This document shows positions 56,601 to 61,200 of a DNA stretch of 64,000 bases, one piece after another. Source of the DNA: a virus. The notes beneath the pieces were generated by a model, which did no database searches, was not told the origin of the DNA, and saw only the letters and a list, made by a program, of their open reading frames with translations. The position numbers and the translations under genes are program-made. The stretch spans positions 1 to 64,000 of IMG/VR virus record IMGVR_UViG_3300003653_000052, one strand, 5' to 3'. Position 1 is the stretch's first letter. Each line of letters starts with the position of its first letter.

Positions 56601-58272
56601 CTTTTGTTATTACAGGAGAATGATGCAAATAAAAATAACCATTTAAAGCTACTATTTTACCTTCATCATTAGGTACGGCATTAAGTTTAGTATACTTATA
56701 TACTAAATCAGTAAATTTTTTAGTTTCTTTTGTAACAATTCCATTAAGATCAACTGTAATATGAGTATAATCTGTATTTTTAATATGATCAGCACTAATA
56801 TTAAAGAATAAACGACTATTTAATAAAAGATTTAATACATCTTCTGATGTTGATTTACTTAATGTAATTGTTTTACCTCTTACTTCTAACATTAATTCTC
56901 CTCTAAGATCATAGATACTAACATGAGCTGAATCTTTAGCACTTTTTTTCATCTGAAGATATACCCTCAAATAATTAATTTTATCTTGATTAGTTAAATT
57001 TTTAGCAGAGGTCATTAATACATTAACTACTTGCTCTATATCATTACTAAAGTTATCGAGAGGTAGTGCTTCAATAATTATGTGCTTATCAACACCATCA
57101 ATTCTTATAGTTGTTTTACCAGATTTTGGATAAGAAATTTTTTGAAGAGCATCTTCTTGATTTTCAAATTTAAATTTTGATGTATTTGGATAACCACCTT
57201 TACCAGTACCTGGTTCATTTACATAACCGGTGCTTCCTCCAGTAAAATCAAGTAAAGTATTTCTTTTGGGATCCATTCTATAATAAGAAAGAATAGAATC
57301 CATATTTGCTTTTTCAAAATCTCTTTTATTTTCTAATTGTTCTTTATCATTAGCAATTTCAATATCAATTTGTTCTTTTGTAAGTTTTGTCTTTTCTAAG
57401 TTTTCTCTTCTTGTAGCTAAAGTTTCTTTAATAAAAATATTAATATCTGTTATAGTTCTTTCTCCAGGCATTAAAAATGAATAATAAATTGCTTGTCCTT
57501 TATCATTAATATTACCATCTTTATCAAAAAAATAAGGAATACCATTATTATCTGTAATTAATAAAACCATGTTTCGTTCATCTCTAGGATGTTCTAAATC
57601 AGCTATATTATCAGGTAATTGAGTTTCATTTATTAATTTAAGTTTAAATCCTTTTTTAAATGAATATACTAATTCTGAACTTGATGATAATCCATCATGA
57701 CGTAATTGAGTAATTAAATTGGCACGTATATCAATAGCTAATTGTCTAATAGGTTTTATGATACCTGTATATTTACCAGCTACTATTTTCGTATCACTTC
57801 CTGTAGATCTTTGTATACTAGATGCTATAGCAGAATTTCTCTCTACTATGTTTATAAGATCGTCACCAGTAATAATAGGGAGAATATTAGAACCAGATGT
57901 TGGTAATCCTTGTAAGGCATTGTCTATTTCTTCTTGATCAATTTTTTTAGGAATTATATAATCTAAAGCATTTTGAGAATCTGCAGCAAAGGATTTTGCT
58001 AAATGTCTTATTTCTATATTATGTTCTGTAGTAAATAATTCATTTGTTTCTTCCCAATTTAATCCTTCAATAGTTATCATATGCCTTGGTATAATAAGTA
58101 TATAAGCCAATGCAAGATCTGGATCTTTAGTTTTATCTAAAATGGTATCATAAATATCTTTAATATATAATTTTATATCAAGAGGTTCTTTAGATTTAGC
58201 AATATCAAATAAATCAGAAGCAATTTTTTTATAAAATTGTAAATGTTGTTCTTTAGTTAGTACACAGTTCAT
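44605..58272 (-). CDS. giant polyvalent virion protein (4555 aa) with a crAss-type two-barrel RNA polymerase core, an HExxH metallopeptidase and C-terminal AlkB/SLOG/DUF4326/NADAR-like modules
   Basis: It is a single 13.7-kb ORF. GVRIPVQGHNSMEF..(x27)..GTDFDVDK parallels the beta-prime R.P..H..S ... NADFDGD catalytic loop found in single-polypeptide DPBB RNAPs. The other modules are listed as separate sub-features. Confidence 0.9.
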   Translation of the reverse strand: MNCVLTKEQHLQFYKKIASDLFDIAKSKEPLDIKLYIKDIYDTILDKTKDPDLALAYILIIPRHMITIEGLNWEETNELFTTEHNIEIRHLAKSFAADSQNALDYIIPKKIDQEEIDNALQGLPTSGSNILPIITGDDLINIVERNSAIASSIQRSTGSDTKIVAGKYTGIIKPIRQLAIDIRANLITQLRHDGLSSSSELVYSFKKGFKLKLINETQLPDNIADLEHPRDERNMVLLITDNNGIPYFFDKDGNINDKGQAIYYSFLMPGERTITDINIFIKETLATRRENLEKTKLTKEQIDIEIANDKEQLENKRDFEKANMDSILSYYRMDPKRNTLLDFTGGSTGYVNEPGTGKGGYPNTSKFKFENQEDALQKISYPKSGKTTIRIDGVDKHIIIEALPLDNFSNDIEQVVNVLMTSAKNLTNQDKINYLRVYLQMKKSAKDSAHVSIYDLRGELMLEVRGKTITLSKSTSEDVLNLLLNSRLFFNISADHIKNTDYTHITVDLNGIVTKETKKFTDLVYKYTKLNAVPNDEGKIVALNGYFYLHHSPVITKVEEDKIIENAAKLNTIIDEPNNFLNLELNKLIDRKTTPEQQKIADKWWINSPLSTIKINGELAISLERLRNIVNSTAFATWSVAGIKLFNGSDDTHIYHEAWHGFSQLFLTKEEKNKLYEETSKLKGTFKVISRGLDENGNVVPLLVDREFSKATKRELEEYLAEGFRDFAINKGDAKNLKGVTKSIFKRIWEFINSIFKGVTIQDAVSGLQSIKSVQEMYKALYVGDINNYAPSVENVSFSIANAGMLTIADVNDGLNHTDTKLVKESIDALMSKIITENGALFTIRGLTINANKIKIYEEVERRIKKRHLELIEEQKNTKLSADDKATLDHNVEILAWTIANFGNIQNSVDNFSQKENNSGVVGYHLINSDFNDLLRISNKEDELDIDGNPADIFKNSSAGYGDKGPNAKDPYEDADNQVVYVIKSLLQQTSDGIYELNSLGFPMLVNYTMTKNALIRRLNSTPYMSTLYNKIEKEAVVNHNILFKQLLARLGHPTSGNVEQRRLWSKMVKVFSKTKQELISHTITNKVETNEYGKVISSIVTTTTGRAGGDFHKVKSNWQSEFKMAETKESPYILQTSENENYLHLDAIRQKFLIRQETIKNKKTHISYTVKNTTDDHIQFLNAIGLNLTLNTETVSSINIDDSIINSINVLANAIGLLNNKNLIESDDKTPIIIKIIDPIEFFSKINHGLEEVIDSNNNTTYLNTKIEEHGAFINKLARLESDHSDKYSSTSRITPDGEKRDEMALQSTVSKHAYALQEATNIEDFSNEDSQWSYMSYLSHFNNPSAKSSVLLNTLFSKVDGKHTKTSINIINVPGTSYIVRNGNDSKDEGSSQAAMDTMDKFISDYNMLLLDGVVIHPVTGGKSTHYATKLSNIKTYDGKNKSFNHLYVGTDEFIADEEGNHRGFEKAFTILLPYIQSEVERIYKYNQNKDVYDNYKGFSQLDKKGNFIGDIVGKFVVFDDVLEETTKKELLHIAKELENGIYPYAPNGITTEQLNKYNANKNKTLLDLLNSTTKGEVLLGKIKTELKHYFTTLNNEYKEVLISQYGYTAPGIRENIVKSIKGDISLLKEPAYVERLNNAALASFTYNSWINNYEITLLHNGELHTYDHFKDEATKRYSLFQSSGIMFPTDRAARDNANILGTALTKQLTGIDDLFNGTFNTAIIKDYKTPRAHVNKKLRELFKKHLIKKGKKDNELSTELDLMMDPYENPTVTDGQGYISLDAYRRLKDLEGSWSDHQERIYQKIVRKEPILTEDIVEFFPVYKLQYAGNLKTALGLLPITSGHKFALFPLIPSVIEGTPLEELHETMMKQSVQYATYSSGSKLSSITNNNKQIADDVFDEQTGKMKPNVQLTKNTIYVDYLKNQTEINSEFKGHAAMSTQLRTLLSAGLIENGIPIDFITKDISGVKRTLAWEALTEAEQMAISPFFKLVRTYEDRVSKLIQIKKHDLITSITGWSWNAKTGHYEGPEDNLSSLIQFVHDELEKQGLTKHELEYIENNGQGGLMRDLSGSPIADKFEQKLMAVLNNKILKQLVNGEPLVEVSVSSTLKFKNIDAELEKYGDGDLDFYTADIDGIKVTIGCQVKIAMQGSFLNLYNLLDTKGIEIAQYDTIIDPKDPKKTIDVLNTDRSLARLNQLIRDEEWLNIGDNRKKLRLTGVRIPVQGHNSMEFAIIAEFLPTIAGNIIILPAEIVAKSGTDFDVDKLTTYMPTISKTGEWFSDKYATREELNNEIKLIESKITKILTKEGIVGDKVKDLINSFYSEKADKGKIIVALGIQKTNIKDVLSQDISDIQSFIVNKNAVSKVYAGLNVIMTSRDNKEIVKIINDFKTVPTMLSKGDMLTAFNNIKENSKILSEIETALNEKHDEKKDYLKDYPELKKLNKEYAALKDHRRNFIKAIENSLINDIISILELPENAIRLLTPNDTHKTKPIAYDMEKHVQDYDYKSSKRKNGTPTLKGVSPTRNLEYGFNLKKHTDNFVSKEALGIAALGNKGNIVYNSAGAYIPFEVPFISKRMVPDEEGVQKKTDVIINVPTKLLLKHNRIIILDENGIERKVISLSNLYDSNNEHEISEIISQLMNGYVDSEKDAWIAFIQGNKEVTPIILFLLESGVPIKDVIYYVNNPIIRAYIKNMKINKGLLNRLKKQDSSPEFAKANARTSIYEMVKKAGTIMDMRDTVAIAENLNKEHGDRIFTTKELEKIAKSKLSDSIKDKDAINGFLHYLYIEELATNFDEPRKVTSFDTTKSGDLFDVFSRQLRLDEVTASTKMPVKIIKYITDESAIRAFKVTELAQDLFSRLFTLRNNNLLNEFIYDTLNDYKKINTIRDRTGFDKDSFPKRFKNALMNYLFVNNLKSFSIGKSKMYKGTPVIYITTGKNAVEVKSDAIYINENILRKEFKNNDYTLSAIGDTSYRKKGLSTLTSDVFYLPNNYTSKLAGAKAYYDFVIERELLRSLTPMEEFTKTYYFTSKLEKKDGRTPELIYEDYLKTRALENSYNIKTMFFNNQQSGIASYATTLMSLINKYNLSEKHNLSAKYGIIQQLQPSYYSDTLNDTNNKNKFASGLVNITLKDSGDLTPESTEQYADDLAKLSDSSVKKIMGDTLEAREDNERLSELFRKFSIYAFLQGGMNKHQFAYPSIFPVGSAQSLIMNDAIEKITHNLNKDILEVVFNLFLRNNLVANKKLNQRINGINYLSTTDVLELKKAGEEIIRENIITSDKEFDRITPTAIEGIYTLNTVNIAENEKQIISDIYLGKARFITSGDDFLDTGFKIKVDSINDIDESVKNMVFDLISGIALIFDEKGYGHNITDKLVLEHLNKRLLKEFGFVNPDYILPESIITIKIINSEDLAAFKSYLTKSEGKLPKEFFTSKTTFKEFYNPQTSKREKAPQSAKWILNLTDTYDLIDLESGEVYISNVDLKTGLQMIKQVTTLVTSQPMLNEKIIKNEDGLIIIENAIDLKTSIDLVNSFKGLIAETSYKQTKGSISWDFGHRWVRLNDTMSIETKKGFVVGKQLNGKSITQAMKDRWVKGESMNQIGGFPLYGYTNIDRNGKILPNIPSNIIQLLATKGIDASEYEASYNSVYDKEDNGSLIIHQDNTETNKSPIITISLGRPMKFITYELQDSNEFNLTDSNVTPYRIALNLVTKNLKEKITYGQITPSNILKYAEKTGDTKIIDYVKDVLPKSFKGTVKSEYILNNGAILIFSGNNRNVMHEIVFDKETNDLPMPQGFPTLTVNKAFTGLGHADKMVKTDNYRTVLTLRKVMGTETLDNIKLTKKNVEPVSTVNNKVAFTGNLSQDMFGKNDVMVFGANRAGFHGQGMAALAYANTTDNYRNWNLNLSKDVVDNKVGDFAIAGKTGLMVGTKGTGYGLITVEKPGQPLNYVELGTNIQELYTVARANPNKRFIIPYNSDTNLNKNSLNELANAFGGRLIPINVVFGDKMYAEIKKVKGNTVFEVQPQLTIVPTPAAKVINYSTYAAAKEAYFAAKGIWTMRPAGIMKLTKATEFHYFGNQWSTPKDKVVDGKVISRLVDGLIIVPTVKEATEAYRNWLNGTAHQDIQQERRNWILKEINSGNLDGKTLLYYKPYPYFSHADVLLEMINNRSKTTSVLTTVINGIEISSNAKGLGAALTNPTELAKSKGNISNSYPVDFKSKFYKDAEAAYQALKNTATKDDGPNNTYNLMVQIIKEKLKQHPRLVEEINKVGGSAWILSSTHQPTKQNTVWETGGKNWFIKALNDAFLKIDEQSVSTATINNIKDYINHSGGAQGYDAEWDLIGNDFEFINHKHYLLPSDGAVSDKRLQNKGVTPIDATKDVGPVATAAEGSVDRNGKPSTNKVGEGQLKITLAERQMGRIEPTHTTRNSKKIRNWAQVKNADAIFAIGSLVAKGDNITLSGGSVTKIALIPQVNGGTSGAVQMAINENKPVYVFNQIKNKYDIGWYTWKENDFIKIDTPILTKNFAGIGTSSNTTEIGKQAIRDVYKKTLATLENSNDPFKC
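44608..45339 (-). other. C-terminal SLOG/DprA-like Rossmann domain (aa about 4312-4555)
   Basis: It contains HSGGAQGYDAEW.., ..ADAIFAIG.. and ..VNGGTSGAVQMAINENKPVYVFNQ (compare SGGA.G.D..w ... GGT......A...gkPv.v). Confidence 0.45.
45367..45759 (-). other. NADAR (YbiA/DUF1768)-like domain (aa about 4172-4302)
   Basis: The segments SYPVDFKSKFYKDAEAAYQALK.., ..IIKEKLKQHPRLVEEI.., ..ILSSTHQ.. and ..VWETGGKNWFIKALNDAF are collinear with YbiA FSNF..PI.VDG..W.TSEHYFQA.K .. AL.AKF.QH..L .. LVEHT..D..WG.GG.G.N.LG.LLM. Confidence 0.5.
45787..46134 (-). other. DUF4326-like domain (aa about 4047-4162)
   Basis: It contains YFGNQWS.., ..ATEAYRNWLNG.. and ..LLYYKPYPYFSHADVLLEMI (compare GNPF..Y..WL..C.C.P..CHADVL, with Ser in place of the last Cys). 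Confidence 0.55.
46243..46728 (-). other. A1S_2505-like / SLOG-type Rossmann domain (aa about 3849-4010)
   Basis: VMVFGANRAGFHGQGMAALA..GYGLITVE..ANPNKRFIIPY follows the pattern VFGSN.AG.HG.GAA...G.SYAIPT...P...F of this phage-associated family. Confidence 0.6.
46804..47646 (-). other. AlkB-like 2OG-Fe(II) dioxygenase domain (aa about 3543-3823)
   Basis: LIIHQDNTETNKSPIITISLGRPMKF matches the HxD motif (compare AlkB LHQDKDE..PIVSVSLG). ILIFSGNNRNVMHEIV supplies the second His. NYRTVLTLRKV matches RxxxxxR. There is a long insert between the two halves. Confidence 0.8.
51481..51612 (-). other. RNAP catalytic DPBB segment (R2221 .. D2260-F-D-V-D2264)
   Basis: The codons were checked by hand: 51610-51612 encodes R and 51481-51495 encodes DFDVD. 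Confidence 0.8.
56293..56307 (-). other. HExxH zinc-metallopeptidase motif (HEAWH, aa 656-660 of the 4555-aa protein)
   Basis: IYHEAWHGFSQLF is followed about 60 aa later by EEYLAEGFRDF. This is the layout of zincin-like peptidase modules in phage polyvalent proteins. Confidence 0.6.
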
Positions 58273-58273
58273 A

Positions 58274-61200
58274 TTATTTACATCCTAAATTGTTAAAAAA
58301 ATCTTTATTTATGTCATTATTAGATTGGTTCTTAGCTTCATCATTGGCTTTTTGTAAATCTTCTTTAGAAACTACTTCTAAAGCAGTATTAACAATATCT
58401 TTAACTTGCTCTTTAATTTCTTCAGAAATTTCAATTGGTTTTGGCATTGCTTCTCTAGTTATTTTCTCAATTTCTGAAATATTTATATTAGTTTTTTTAG
58501 TCTTTAAAGGACTAAGAATACCTACTGTAGTTATTGATTTATCATCTACAATTTTTGTTTTATTGATTGTAAATGTAGGATAAAAAACCCCATCTATTAC
58601 AATTTTATAACCTTTTGTTTTTGCAGATTTTAGATTTTCTGGAGTTATTACAGTCCATAATTCTGATTGTCTGTTACTAATGGCAGTATTAATTAAAGTA
58701 TCTATTTCAATAGACTCTCCCGTTGTATTCTTCAGTGCCTCATCCCCTGATTTATCAAGTTCATCAAAGGTTTTTGATTCTTTTATATTATTTAATTCTT
58801 TATTGATATCAACCTCAGATAACATTTTTTCTAATCCTTTTTCTATTGCTTCTTTTTCAGTATCTCCTTTTGCTATTGGAATTCCTGGGTTAGTAGTTGT
58901 AAGAAGAACAAAAAAGTATTCTTTTCCTTTTTTATATACAAAAAACTGATTTCCTTCAGCTTCAATAAGATTTCCTTTTAAAGGACCTTGTGGAAAATCA
59001 AATTCAAGATCTCTTAATATAGTATATGGGGGAACTTTAAAAACAATTTCTTTTTCACTTGTTTTTTCACTTATTTTTTCTAAAGCATCTAATTCTTTTA
59101 ATTCTAATTCATATATAGCATTAATTTCTGAAACGGGTCTTTTATAATAATAAAAACTACTCCTATCTAATTTTGGATTAAAACTTAATATTGGTCCATT
59201 ATTAATAGTATATTCAAGACTTCTACCATATTTATCTTTTCTTGATATTATTTTGTATTTATTTCCATCTTTATCTAATAGAGTATCACCAATGTTACCA
59301 GAAGCTAATCTTACTTCATTTGTTTTTAATGCCCATTTCCATCTATCAAATATATCAGCTCTTTTGGCGGCATTAGACATAGCAGCTTTTTGTATTGGGG
59401 GTTTACCTATAGCATCTAATTCAGCATCATATTTATTATTAATAGTTTCTCTTAATCTCCAATCACTTGGGTACTTTGAAGGATCTGCTTGATCTCCTAT
59501 GTGTTCAATAGTACCATCACTATTATATATAATAGCCTCTTTTATTTCTATATCAGTACCTTTAATGCCTTCTCCCCATGTTATAGAAGCTAATGATTTA
59601 TCTCTTCTTTTTTCTATATCGGCTTTTTGAGCATTTATATCATCTTCATTAGTTGATTTATTTAATAATTTTGTTAATTCTTCATCATATTTAGCATTAA
59701 TAGCATCATATTTATCAATAAATGCTACAGCTCGTTTATCACTTCTTTCGGCTATAGCATCAACACTTTTTTTATTTAAAGCAATTTCTCCAAGTTCTTT
59801 TACTAATTCTTCATCTCTTCTTCTCTGAAGATTATCTATTTGAATATTTATATCATCTTTATCACCTGGTACAGAAGTAATGATCGGTATAGATTTAGCA
59901 ATTATATTATTTATATCAGATGTTTTATTAACAAATATATTATTTTCTCTATCAGAAAGTTTTTTCTTATTTTTAACTTTATCAGCAATATTATTTAATC
60001 TTTCATCTGATACTATACCATTATCAAGAAAATCATTATATTCAGTATCACTTATACTATCTAATACAGTTTCAACTACTTTTTTTACTTTTTTAGCTCT
60101 TGGTTTTCTTGGTTTTACTACTTTAGTAACAACTGTAGTTATAGTTTCTACGGGTACTTTTTCTTCTTCAATAGGCTCAATAGGTTCTACAACCTCATCT
60201 TCTTTAACAAACTCAATCATACCTGTTAAATATCTAATTTGTCTTTGATATTTAATTAAACTATCTTTTAATTCACTAAGTTTTTTATTCTCTTTATTAA
60301 CTGCTTTTTCAACTATATCTCCATGTTCAAAAGCTTCTGATACCATATCTTCTAATGCTGTGTGTATTTTATTTAATTCAGCATAATCAAGTAACATTGC
60401 CTTACCTGGTTTATTAAGCACACCTTTTTTATCAAATTTTAATAACTGAGCTAATTTATCATTCTTTTTAATATTAGTAAAATAAGGATGTTCTGATTCA
60501 AACTTACTAAATAGTTTAAATCTATCAGAAATAATATTAGCCAAATCTCTTAGTATATCAAGAGAAGAATTAATTAATTCTTTTAATTTATTAATTAATG
60601 TTTGAATAGTAGATACTTTTTTCTCAAGTTTTGCCTTTTTATCTATAACTTCTTTTAATCTTAAATTAGGATTAGCTAAAATCATATCAGTATAATACTG
60701 AATAGCATTTAGTAAATCATCTCGTAATACCTCTAATTTATCAATATTATCTCTAATTTCTTTAATATTAGTTTTAATTGTATCAGAAACACTAAACAAA
60801 TTTGTATAATCTGATTGAACTTGTGTAAGTCTTTCTTTATTATGATTTAAATTACCTACTCCTGAATCAATGTCTTTTTGTATAGACGCAATATCTTCAC
60901 TAACAATACCTATTATTGATTGTAAATTATTTGTAGCTATTTGTAATTCTCTATTTAAACTATTTAAGGTTTTCTTATTATCTTTAATATTTTGATTAAT
61001 AGTTTCTAATTCATCTTCTTGTTTTAATACTAATCCTTCAGGTGTGGTTGGATATTTCTCAATTTCTTTTTCCTCTTCTTCTTCTATATTAATTACCGGA
61101 ATTATTCCTGGGATAATTATAGGAACAATTTTAGTTTTTTTAATAAGTTTAGTACTAATATAACCCGTTAATGGAGTACCTTTTTTATTAGCTTCTTTTA

